Assembly (NCBI GenBank): GCA_038063395.1 | Contig: JBBTVE010000002.1 | Location: 1 to 26,489, forward strand | Length of the DNA stretch: 26,489 bases | Origin: Patescibacteria group bacterium | GTDB lineage: Bacteria; Patescibacteriota; Minisyncoccia; UBA6257; UBA9933 | Direction of reading: 5' to 3' | The notes under the pieces: generated by a model | What the model was told of the DNA's origin: nothing | Databases searched by the model: none | The model's input: only the letters and a program-made list of their open reading frames with translations | Shown here: one piece after another, positions 15,794 to 24,244 of the stretch | How the letters are laid out: each line of letters starts with the position of its first letter | How positions within the stretch are numbered: the stretch's first letter is position 1 | Translations under genes and position numbers: made by a program

Positions 15794-17788
15794 TTAATTT
15801 AAAAATCTTACAATCAATAACGCCACTATGTTTATAACTTTAATCAGCGGATTAATTGCCGGACCAGCGGTGTCTTTATAAGGATCGCCAACGGTATCTC
15901 CGGTAACACTGGCCTTATGAGCTTCAGACCCCTTGCCTCCGTGATTGCCGGATTCAATATGCTTTTTAGCATTATCCCAAGCCGCGCCGCCGGTAGTCAT
16001 TGAAAGCGCCACAAAAAGACCTGAGATAATAGAACCGATTAAAAGCCCTCCCAAGGCCTTGGCCCCCAAACCAAAACCAACAATTAAAACTGAAACTATC
16101 GGAATCAAAGAAGGTAAAATCATTTCTTTCAAAGCCGCTTTTGTCACTAAATCAATCGCTCGGTCGTAATCCGGTTTATTTTTCCCTTCCATAATGCCGG
16201 GAATTTCCCGAAATTGTCTTCGGACTTCCTCAACAACCGTTCCAGCTGTTTTCCCCACCGACTTCATCACAATCGAACTAAAAAGATACGGCAAAGACGC
16301 GCCGATAAAAAGTCCGATAATAACATAAGGATCCTGAAGATTAAATTCAATATTTCCGATAAAATTTTTTAATTCTTCCGTATAACTTGCGAACAAAACT
16401 AAGGCGGCTAAACCCGCCGAAATAATGGCATAACCTTTGGTAACCGCCTTGGTTGTATTACCGACAGCGTCCAAACTGTCTGTCACTCGTCTTACTCCTT
16501 CCGGTTGATTAGTCATTTCCGCGATACCGCCGGCATTATCAGTAATCGGACCGAACGAATCAATGGCGATAATTATTCCGGCAACTGAAAGCATCGACAT
16601 CGCGGAAACGGCAATGCCATAAAGGCCGGCAAAATAAAAACTCGCTAAAATGCCACAACTAATCAAAATAATCGGTAAAAAAGTGGCTTCCATGCCAACG
16701 GACAATCCCATAATAATATTTGTGGCATGGCCCGAACGCGAAGCTTCGGCAATTGAATAAACCGGCCGGAAACGCTTAGCGGTATAATAATCCGTAATTG
16801 CCACTATTAAAATCGTAATAATCAAACCAATAATCGCGCTCAAATAAAACCTCCAATAATTTTCCGCGAAATAAAATTTTGTGATTGGATAAAATAAAAC
16901 AGCGGAAATTATTAAAGACGCCAAAAATCCTTTGTAAAGCGCTTTCATTATATTGGCGCTTTCATGATTTGAAGATTCTTTTCTGGCTATTTTAACAAAA
17001 AAGCCGCCAAAAATTGAAGCAATAATAGCTGAACCGCCTATGGCCAATGGGAAATAAACGCCAACATTGCCGATAATTAAATATCCCAAAAGAATCGCCG
17101 CGATCAAAGTAACGACGTAAGTTTCAAAAAGATCAGCCGCCATGCCGGCGCAATCGCCCACATTATCTCCGACATTGTCGGCAATTACCGCCGGATTTCG
17201 AGGATCATCTTCCGGTATATTAGCTTCAATCTTGCCAACTAAATCCGCTCCCACATCGGCGGCTTTGGTAAAAATGCCACCGCCCAATCTCGCAAAAATA
17301 GAAATCAAACTGGCCCCAAAACCCAAACTGACTAAAATTTTAATGTCTCCAATAAAAAAATAAAGCAAACTTACGCTGAGTAAAGCCAAAGCCGTCACTA
17401 AAAACCCCGTAACCGAACCGGCTTTAAAAGCCAAAGAAAGGGACTGTGATAAACCAGTTTTGGCGGCTTCGGCTGTTTTAACATTGGAATAAGTTGCAAC
17501 ATTCATTCCGATATATCCAGCTAAAGCCGAAGCAATGGCGCCGCTTAAAAAACCAACGACAAACAACCAGTCAAAAACTAAATAAAGAACGATTGAAACT
17601 ATTGCCGCCACCACTGCCACGGTTTTATATTGCCTGTTCAAATAAGTGTTGGAACCCAAACGAATGGCTAAAGAAATTTCTTCCATTTTTTCGTCTCCAA
17701 CCGGCTGTTTTTTAAGCCAGAAAATAATGTAAGCGCTATATAAAATCGCGATAAACGCCGGGATAATAGTTATATAATAAATAAACAT
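15794..17788 (-). CDS. hppA: Membrane-integral pyrophosphatase, K+-independent H+-pumping signature
   Basis: [75 protein letters not shown]. Confidence 0.96.
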   Translation of the reverse strand: MFIYYITIIPAFIAILYSAYIIFWLKKQPVGDEKMEEISLAIRLGSNTYLNRQYKTVAVVAAIVSIVLYLVFDWLFVVGFLSGAIASALAGYIGMNVATYSNVKTAEAAKTGLSQSLSLAFKAGSVTGFLVTALALLSVSLLYFFIGDIKILVSLGFGASLISIFARLGGGIFTKAADVGADLVGKIEANIPEDDPRNPAVIADNVGDNVGDCAGMAADLFETYVVTLIAAILLGYLIIGNVGVYFPLAIGGSAIIASIFGGFFVKIARKESSNHESANIMKALYKGFLASLIISAVLFYPITKFYFAENYWRFYLSAIIGLIITILIVAITDYYTAKRFRPVYSIAEASRSGHATNIIMGLSVGMEATFLPIILISCGILASFYFAGLYGIAVSAMSMLSVAGIIIAIDSFGPITDNAGGIAEMTNQPEGVRRVTDSLDAVGNTTKAVTKGYAIISAGLAALVLFASYTEELKNFIGNIEFNLQDPYVIIGLFIGASLPYLFSSIVMKSVGKTAGTVVEEVRRQFREIPGIMEGKNKPDYDRAIDLVTKAALKEMILPSLIPIVSVLIVGFGLGAKALGGLLIGSIISGLFVALSMTTGGAAWDNAKKHIESGNHGGKGSEAHKASVTGDTVGDPYKDTAGPAINPLIKVINIVALLIVRFLN

Positions 17789-17806
17789 TTTTTATTATTA
17801 AGATAT

Positions 17807-18988
17807 TTATGATTTTTTAATATCAACTTCGCTTTCAGGATTACTCTCCGAACCGCTTTCATTACTTTCAGCAATCCCCTCATTAATAGCTTCTTCGGGC
17901 CGAGAAAGCGATCTGACATCAATTTTCCAACCAGTGAGCCTAGCGGCTAATCTAACGTTTTGACCGCCCTTGCCGATTGCTAAACTTAATTGATCTTCGG
18001 GAATAAAAACTCGCGCCTCCCGTCGCGGCAAAATTTCCACGGCTTTGGCTTTGGCCGGCGAAAGCGAAGAGCCAACGAATTTTTCCGGGTCATCCGACCA
18101 TTCAATAATATCTATTTTTTCCGACCCCAATTCATTGGTAACCGCCATCACCCGTGTGCCTCTTTGACCAACGCAAGCGCCTATTGGATCGACATTTTCA
18201 ATTTTTGAAGCCACGGCAATTTTAGTGCGGCTGCCCGGCTCTCTCGCAATAGCTTTTATTTCTACGGATTTTTCATGAATTTCCGGCACTTCCAATTCAA
18301 ACAACTTAGCGACAAAACCGGGATGAGATCGCGACAAAACTATTCCTGGGGCCCTCCCCTCGTCTTGAACGGCCAAAAGATAAAATCTCAACCTTTCGCC
18401 AACGCGATAATATTCGCCCGGTATGGTTTCATTAAAAAACATCACCCCTATGACCCGGCCAAGATCAATGTAAATATTACCGTGTTCTATTCTTTGAACA
18501 ACGCCGCTGACAATTTCGCCTTCTTTACCTCCATATTCGCTTTTAATTGATTCCCTTTCCGCTTCCCGTATTTTTTGTAAAATCACCTGCTTGGCGGCTT
18601 GAGCCGCGATTCGGCCAAAATCTTCATGCCCCTCAAGAGAAAATTCCAATTCTTCGCCAACGGCAATTTTCGGCTTGATTTTTTTCGCTTCTTCAATAAA
18701 AATATGACGGTCCGGATTATAAAAAGGCAGATGTTCTTCACCCGTTTTTAACTCTTTTATTTCTGTTTCAACGGTATTTTTATCAACCACTTCTTTAGCC
18801 TGCCAAAAATTAACCTCGCCGGTTTTAGAGTCCATCTTGGCCTTAATAACTTCTCCTCTTTTTCCATATTCTTTTTTATAAGCCGCGGCAATCGCCGATT
18901 CCACCACTCCTAAAATCTTTTCTTTATCAATCCCTTTTTCATCGGCAATCTGCTCAACCAGCCTATTTAAATTTTTTAGATCAATCAT
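17807..18988 (-). CDS. nusA: Transcription factor NusA
   Basis: FGRIAAQAAKQVILQKIREAERE, S1 domain, AREPGSRTKIAV, GACVGQRG, SLAIGKGGQNVRLAARLTGWKIDV. Confidence 0.98.
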   Translation of the reverse strand: MIDLKNLNRLVEQIADEKGIDKEKILGVVESAIAAAYKKEYGKRGEVIKAKMDSKTGEVNFWQAKEVVDKNTVETEIKELKTGEEHLPFYNPDRHIFIEEAKKIKPKIAVGEELEFSLEGHEDFGRIAAQAAKQVILQKIREAERESIKSEYGGKEGEIVSGVVQRIEHGNIYIDLGRVIGVMFFNETIPGEYYRVGERLRFYLLAVQDEGRAPGIVLSRSHPGFVAKLFELEVPEIHEKSVEIKAIAREPGSRTKIAVASKIENVDPIGACVGQRGTRVMAVTNELGSEKIDIIEWSDDPEKFVGSSLSPAKAKAVEILPRREARVFIPEDQLSLAIGKGGQNVRLAARLTGWKIDVRSLSRPEEAINEGIAESNESGSESNPESEVDIKKS

Positions 18989-18992
18989 CTTA

Positions 18993-19025
18993 GTTAAAAT
19001 ATAAGGCCGCTTTCTGAGCGACCTT
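18993..19025 (-). promoter_or_regulatory. Hairpin plus weak U-tract in the nusA 5' leader (possible attenuator)
   Basis: AAGGUCGC-UCAGAAA-GCGGCCUU then AUAUUUU. The U-G pair works only on the minus strand. Confidence 0.55.
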
Positions 19026-19036
19026 TAATATTGAAA

Positions 19037-19065
19037 AGCATATCTTAATATTTCAATAAAGTCAA
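19037..19065 (-). promoter_or_regulatory. Sigma70 promoter of nusA
   Basis: TTGACT (19060-19065), 17 bp, TATGCT (19037-19042). Confidence 0.7.
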
Positions 19066-19067
19066 CC

Positions 19068-19745
19068 TTATCTCTTCCTCCTCCACTCCTCTATTTTTTT
19101 ATGATTGCCTGAAAGCAAAATTTTCGGAACTGAATATTCTTTGTTTTTCCATTTAAAAATTTCCGGTCGAGTGTAAACAGGCATGCCAATGCCATGTCTT
19201 TTCTCCTCAAGCGATTCTGTTTTCCCTAAAACTCCGGGAATTTGACGGGAAATTGAATCAATTAAAACCATTGCCGGCAATTCGCCGCCGGTTAAAACAT
19301 AAGGACCTATGGAAATTTTTTCCGCCGACTGGCGAATTAAATTTTTAATTACTTTTTCTACTCTTGCGTCAATACCTTCATAACGGCCACAAATTAAAAT
19401 CAGATTGTCATAATTTTTTGCTAAATTAACGGCGATTTTATTATCAAATTGCTTTCCAGTCGGAGTAAATAAAATTATCTTGGTTTTTTTCTTAATTCTT
19501 AATTCTGTATTCTTAATTCTCAAAATTGAACTAATAGCGCTAATTAATGGTTCAATTTTAAGCGCCATCCCAGGCCCTCCGCCAAAAGGTCTATCATCTA
19601 CTTTATGATGCTTATCCTTGGTAAAATCCCGTAAATTATGGATTTTAATGTCAATCAATTTATTTTTTTGGGCGCGTTTCAAAATAGACTCATTTAAATA
19701 AGAATCAAAAATTTTCGGGAAAATTGTGATAATATTAAATTTCAT
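19068..19745 (-). CDS. trmD: tRNA (guanine-N1)-methyltransferase
   Basis: VDDRPFGGGPGM, LICGRYEGIDARV, SIGPYVLTGGELPAMV, VPKILLSGNH. Confidence 0.98.
   Translation of the reverse strand: MKFNIITIFPKIFDSYLNESILKRAQKNKLIDIKIHNLRDFTKDKHHKVDDRPFGGGPGMALKIEPLISAISSILRIKNTELRIKKKTKIILFTPTGKQFDNKIAVNLAKNYDNLILICGRYEGIDARVEKVIKNLIRQSAEKISIGPYVLTGGELPAMVLIDSISRQIPGVLGKTESLEEKRHGIGMPVYTRPEIFKWKNKEYSVPKILLSGNHKKIEEWRRKR
19321..19336. repeat. Short palindrome (TTCGCC-AGTC-GGCGGA) inside trmD
   Basis: 6-bp stem with one U-G pair on the minus strand, encoding IRQSAE. Confidence 0.55.
19489..19523. repeat. Heptamer tandem repeat (TTCTTAA-type x5) in trmD
   Basis: TTCTTAA TTCTTAA TTCTGTA TTCTTAA TTCTCAA, encoding LRIKNTELRIKK. 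Confidence 0.85.
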
Positions 19746-19787
19746 TTTGAAACCTTAACGGAAACGCATTCTTTATTTATTATAACC

Positions 19788-19817
19788 AAAAACCCCACTG
19801 TTAAAAGATGGGGTTTT
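19788..19817 (-). terminator. Intrinsic terminator after khpA
   Basis: AAAACCCCA / TGGGGTTTT inverted repeat with T-run. Confidence 0.7.
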
Positions 19818-19835
19818 CAGTGTCTAAGTTTGAAT

Positions 19836-20162
19836 TTAAAAATTAATATCTCCTATCGCTTTATTAGCGGCAGGTCTATCAGACCCGATAGGTCTTTGTC
19901 CTCTAGTTGAACCTTCCGGTTCGGCAATTTTCAAATTAACTCGGGCGTTATTTTTAAGCCCGACAATTCTTAAAAGCGATCTAACCGCTTGAGCGGTTGC
20001 TCCGCTTCGGCCAATTACCTGAGCCATATCGGCCGGATTGACATGAAGAGTAAGCAACACTCCCATTTCATCAACCTTCCTTTCAACCTTAACGTCATCC
20101 GGATTATTAACAATGGATTGAACCACAAATTCAAGAAAATTCTTGTCTTTTTGATCTGTCAT
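19836..20162 (-). CDS. khpA: KH-domain RNA-binding protein KhpA (YlqC family)
   Basis: FLEFVVQSIVNNPDDVKV, DMAQVIGRSGATAQAVRSLL; rpsP-adjacent. Confidence 0.9.
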   Translation of the reverse strand: MTDQKDKNFLEFVVQSIVNNPDDVKVERKVDEMGVLLTLHVNPADMAQVIGRSGATAQAVRSLLRIVGLKNNARVNLKIAEPEGSTRGQRPIGSDRPAANKAIGDINF

Positions 20163-20211
20163 AGGATTTAACTGATTTTTTCCTTGTTCATTTCGACCTT
20201 TTTACAACTTA

Positions 20212-20496
20212 TCAAGCCGTTACCGGCTTTTTTGATTTCTTGTGAACGGCTTTTTTTTGTCCGGAAATAATTTGCGTTTTTACTAATAAATTATAAATAC
20301 TGTCCGTCGGCTGCGCGCCTATTTTAACCCAATACTCGGTTCTTTCTTTATCAATCTTAGATTCTTTGGTATGCGGATTATACCAGCCCAAATCTTCGAC
20401 AAAACGGCCAAAAACTTTGGATCGTTTTTCTATCACGATTATTCGATAACTGGCTTGTCCTTTTTTTCCTATTCTTTTGAATTTAATCGCTAACAT
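20212..20496 (-). CDS. rpsP: 30S ribosomal protein S16
   Basis: MLAIKFKRIGKK, YRIIV, GRFVEDLGWYNP, WVKIGAQPTD. Confidence 0.98.
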   Translation of the reverse strand: MLAIKFKRIGKKGQASYRIIVIEKRSKVFGRFVEDLGWYNPHTKESKIDKERTEYWVKIGAQPTDSIYNLLVKTQIISGQKKAVHKKSKKPVTA

Positions 20497-20509
20497 AAAT
20501 AATGGTGAT

Positions 20510-20539
20510 AGTATAATTTAAATTTGATTTCAATGTCAA
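20510..20539 (-). promoter_or_regulatory. Sigma70 promoter of rpsP-khpA
   Basis: TTGACA (20534-20539), 18 bp, TATACT (20510-20515), 13 nt to ATG. Confidence 0.65.
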
Positions 20540-20543
20540 GGAT

Positions 20544-20583
20544 AAAAAATGGCCATGGCGTGATAAAATCACGCGCATGGCCA
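20544..20583 (-). terminator. Intrinsic terminator downstream of thrC
   Basis: 15-bp stem with one bulge (TGGCCATGCGCGTGAT-TTT-ATCACGCCATGGCCA) followed by a T-run. Confidence 0.8.
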
Positions 20584-20645
20584 GTGGACTACTTACTACT
20601 CGCGAGATTTTGTGTCCCCCCCTTTATCCTCCTTTATTTTGTATT

Positions 20646-21989
20646 TTAAAAAATTTTAGCTAAAGCGGCCTCAACATCTTTAATTGAAGTCCCCTCAACG
20701 ACAATATAAGGATTAGAAAATCCATTATTGCCATTAAGATGATATTCAATGGCTGAATCCACAAACTTTAGACCACTCGCCGTGGAAACAGCCACAACCG
20801 TATCTTTTTCTTCTATGAAACCGTTTTCGCGCGCCTGCAAAACAGCGCTAAGAGCTACTGCTCCCTGCGGGCAAATATCGGCCCCGGCAGAATTAAACAG
20901 CGCCCGCGTATTGTTGATATCTTTCTCGCCCGCATCATAAAACAGCATTTCAAACTGCGAATGCAATTTTTTAATGCGAGGAAAACTCACTGGCGATTGG
21001 ATATTCATCGCTGACGCAATGGTTGATTTTAAAACACCGGGCTGAAAATCTTTACAACCTGATTTCCCCCACCTCACTATCGTATTCGCCGCTTTTGACT
21101 GGGCGACAATAATACCGGGTAAATCGTCTATTAGCCCAAATTGCTTTGCCCTAAGACATGAAAGCATTAAAGCCGTAAGATTGCCGCCATTTCCAGTCGG
21201 TACAGAAATCCATTTCGGCGCTTTCCAGCGTAAATCCTGGAAAATTTCCAAAGCAATGGTTTCCTGCCCGATAATCCTAAAAGCATTTTTGGAATTTACC
21301 AGTGCCATCTCGGGATGAGCGACGCAAAATTCCTCAATCAATTTCATGCACCCATCAAATCCTTGGGGATGCTTTATGGCAACAACAATTGCTCCGGCCA
21401 TCATTGCTTGGCTGAGTTGGCTGGGAGAAATCTTTTCATACGGCAGAAATACAACACACTTCAACATGTCGCGATAATAAGCTGAATATGTCGCCGCTGC
21501 CGCTGAAGTATCGCCCGTACTGGCGCAACATACATACTTTATTCCAAGCTCCGGCTGTTGAATTTGAAGTCTTCTGGCCTCTGAAATAGCAACGCACATC
21601 CCGCGGTCTTTAAAACTGCCGGAAGGCCCTTGCCCTTCCATCTTTATGAAGAGTTTTTTCAAACCAATTTGTTTTTTAAGCCACATCGGCGGCTCAAAAA
21701 GATCAGTAAATCCCTCATGAAGTGAAAGAACCGCCTTATTCGGAAATCCCGGAAGAATAAAATCCTTCCACATGAACACTCCGCTACCGTAAGGATATTC
21801 CACAGCTTTAGGGCCAAAACGAATTGAATCAAAATACGCTTTTGCCCCTTTCCCAAATCCAACCCTCATCTGGATAAACTGTTCATCCCTTTTCGGAAGA
21901 AACAACCCTCTGCATTTCGGACAGATATAAAAGTTGTGGTTTTCCACAACCTGATATCCGCAACCAATACATTTCATGCAATAACGCAT
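20646..21989 (-). CDS. thrC: Threonine synthase (PLP-dependent) with N-terminal CxxC...CxxC
   Basis: EGQGPSGSFKDRG (PLP lysine), CASTGDTSAA, VPTGNGGN, CPQGAVA, STASGLKF. GAGGAG lies 7 nt upstream of ATG. Confidence 0.88.
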   Translation of the reverse strand: MRYCMKCIGCGYQVVENHNFYICPKCRGLFLPKRDEQFIQMRVGFGKGAKAYFDSIRFGPKAVEYPYGSGVFMWKDFILPGFPNKAVLSLHEGFTDLFEPPMWLKKQIGLKKLFIKMEGQGPSGSFKDRGMCVAISEARRLQIQQPELGIKYVCCASTGDTSAAAATYSAYYRDMLKCVVFLPYEKISPSQLSQAMMAGAIVVAIKHPQGFDGCMKLIEEFCVAHPEMALVNSKNAFRIIGQETIALEIFQDLRWKAPKWISVPTGNGGNLTALMLSCLRAKQFGLIDDLPGIIVAQSKAANTIVRWGKSGCKDFQPGVLKSTIASAMNIQSPVSFPRIKKLHSQFEMLFYDAGEKDINNTRALFNSAGADICPQGAVALSAVLQARENGFIEEKDTVVAVSTASGLKFVDSAIEYHLNGNNGFSNPYIVVEGTSIKDVEAALAKIF

Positions 21990-22081
21990 CCCTAATCTCC
22001 TCTTCTATTTTTATTTTTTAAAATAAAACCATATTAAATTATTAAAAATAAAGCTGATTTAAAATAACACTCTTTGACGAT

Positions 22082-24244
22082 TTATGCAAGTTTTATAGTG
22101 TCAAGTTTTAACGACAATATCTTTGACGTCCCGTCTTCGTTCATTGTGACGCCGTACAAAACATCCGCCGATTCCATTACCGCCCGATTATGAGTGACTA
22201 TAATAAATTGGGTTTGACTGGAAAAATCTTTAATTAAATTTGCGAAACGCTTTGAATTTTTTTCATCTAAAGCCGCGTCTATTTCATCAAGCACCAAAAA
22301 CGGCGGCGGACTGACGGAAATTAAAGCAAATAAAGCCGCTATTGAAACCAAGCTTTTTTCTCCGCCGGAAAGCATTTCCAAACCGGTAATTTTTTTCTTC
22401 GGCAAATTTAATTCTATTTCAACACCCGATTTAATTTCTTTTTCTTCTTCCTCATCTTCTCCAACTCCTTCTTCCTCTTCCTTAATTTTTGCCTGATAAT
22501 TTTTAATTTTAAGCTTTGCGCTTCCGCCGCCAAACATTAAATGAAAAAAGTGATTGAACTTTTCGTTAATCGAATGGAAAGCGGCGTTAAAATCGCTATT
22601 GATTTTTTCTTTTAATTCTTCAATGAGCGTTTTTAAATCCTGAACAGCTTTTTCCGAATCCTGAATCTGCGTTGACAAAAAATTATAATGCTTTTCCGTT
22701 TCTTCCGCTTCTTTAATCAAGGAATGGTCAATTTCGCCGATATTAGAAAGTTCCGCCCTTAATTTAAAAGATTTTTTTTCAATTTCATCGAGTTCTAAAA
22801 GAGCTAACTCAATAGTTTGAAAGTCGCGGAATTCAGTCGATTTTCTTCCCGCCTGACGCAATTGATGTTCTAAATCTTGAACCTTTAAACCGATTTTTTC
22901 CCTTTCAAAAAGAATTTTTTGCTTTTGGGATTCAAGATCGGAAATTTCTTCTTTTTTTTGTTCAATATCTTTAAAAGATTTCTGAAAGCGTTTATTAAAT
23001 TCTTCGAGCGTCGTCGCCGCCGCCATTTCTTCTTTATTCAATTTTTCCAAACCCTCTTTAATCAAGCTCATTTCTTTTTCTAAACCATTTTTGGCTTCTT
23101 CTAATTCGCGATGCGAACCGGATTTTTTTAATTCACCCCCTCCGGCCAAAAGTTTATTAATCCTATTAATAACGCCTTCAACTGCCGTGATAATATTTCC
23201 CAATTCTCTGTTTTTTAAACTTTGATTTAAAGAATCGCCAATCTCCTTAAGAAGACCGATTGTCTCGTTAATTTCAAAAACATGATTACCGTTTTTTTCT
23301 TCTTCCCCTAAAATTTCCATCCTTGCTTCAAGCCGGCCGCATTCAGACTGTATTTTCATTTGCCTGCTTAAAAATTCATTTTTTTGTTTTCTAATTTCAT
23401 TGAAATCCGATTGGCCTGATTTTTTTTCCAATTCCCCGACTTTCCCCTCTAAAAATTCCAATTCTTTTCTCTTCTCGGCAATTTCTTTCCCGATTTTTTC
23501 CAAAATTGGGATTATTTTTGATTCTTCTTTTTCAATTTCCCGAATCTTAAAAGAAAAATACTTGTTCTCCAAATCGTTCAGCTCCTTTTCCACTTCCGCC
23601 CTTCTTGACCATTTGACGGTCTGACGCTTGAGCATTCTCAACCGCGGGATCACCTCTTCTACCATCGCTTTTACTTTTTCCAAATTGATATCGACATTAT
23701 CGAGTTTTCTTTCGGCTTCGGATTTTTTTATCTGAAATTCCCTTAATCCCAAAACCTCCTCAATCATTGTTTTTCTTTCTTCCGCGCTAACTCTGACAAA
23801 TAAATCGCTTGATCCCTGATTAATGATTGTTAATCCTCTTGTTCCCAAACGGGCTTTGGCAAAAAAATCAATTATATCTTTTAACCTGACTTCCGATTTA
23901 TTAAGAAAATAATTAGAGATGCCGTCGCGGCTCATCCGGCGAACAACGGAAACTTCGTTAAAATCAACCGAGAAAAAACCGGAAGCATTATCAAAAAAAA
24001 GGCCGACTGAGGCCATGCTTCCGCGCGATCGCTTTAGAGTGCCGGAAAATATTAAATTTTCCGCTTTGACGCCGCGCAAATTTTTTGCCTCCCGCTCTCC
24101 TAAAAGCCAACGGATTGCGTCAATAATGTTGGATTTCCCGCTACCATTGGGACCGACAATGGCGGTAATGCCTTTTGGAAATTCCAAAACAATTTTTGAG
24201 GCGAACGATTTAAAACCGTTAAGTTCTAAAGATTTAAGAAACAT
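22082..24244 (-). CDS. smc: SMC-family ATPase, short (720 aa), no recognisable hinge
   Basis: LELNGFKSF, VGPNGSGKSNIIDAIRWLLGE, IINQG, coiled coils, LSGGEKSL, LVLDEIDAALDE, IIVTHNR; follows rnc. Confidence 0.88.
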   Translation of the reverse strand: MFLKSLELNGFKSFASKIVLEFPKGITAIVGPNGSGKSNIIDAIRWLLGEREAKNLRGVKAENLIFSGTLKRSRGSMASVGLFFDNASGFFSVDFNEVSVVRRMSRDGISNYFLNKSEVRLKDIIDFFAKARLGTRGLTIINQGSSDLFVRVSAEERKTMIEEVLGLREFQIKKSEAERKLDNVDINLEKVKAMVEEVIPRLRMLKRQTVKWSRRAEVEKELNDLENKYFSFKIREIEKEESKIIPILEKIGKEIAEKRKELEFLEGKVGELEKKSGQSDFNEIRKQKNEFLSRQMKIQSECGRLEARMEILGEEEKNGNHVFEINETIGLLKEIGDSLNQSLKNRELGNIITAVEGVINRINKLLAGGGELKKSGSHRELEEAKNGLEKEMSLIKEGLEKLNKEEMAAATTLEEFNKRFQKSFKDIEQKKEEISDLESQKQKILFEREKIGLKVQDLEHQLRQAGRKSTEFRDFQTIELALLELDEIEKKSFKLRAELSNIGEIDHSLIKEAEETEKHYNFLSTQIQDSEKAVQDLKTLIEELKEKINSDFNAAFHSINEKFNHFFHLMFGGGSAKLKIKNYQAKIKEEEEGVGEDEEEEKEIKSGVEIELNLPKKKITGLEMLSGGEKSLVSIAALFALISVSPPPFLVLDEIDAALDEKNSKRFANLIKDFSSQTQFIIVTHNRAVMESADVLYGVTMNEDGTSKILSLKLDTIKLA

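Noticed and set aside
16960-16985. KESSNHES segment in hppA as a decayed heptamer insertion
   Set aside because: Periodicity is weak; would need orthologue alignment.
17807-17880. Ser/Glu-rich NusA tail with imperfect repeats
   Set aside because: Ordinary low-complexity acidic tail.
3302-19523. Tandem repeats as a CRISPR array
   Set aside because: Units are 7 bp, spacerless and inside CDSs; no cas genes.
19870-19900. GGTCT-ATC-AGACC mini inverted repeat in the khpA tail
   Set aside because: Only a 5-bp stem; expected by chance.
20490-20580. Small minus-strand ORF starting in the thrC terminator (MRVILSRHGH...)
   Set aside because: Far from the orphan SD, runs through a terminator and the rpsP promoter, no recognisable sequence.
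22435-22512. Acidic tract EEEGVGEDEEEEKE and two TTTTTAA-like units in smc
   Set aside because: Low-complexity loop; two units are not enough to call an array.
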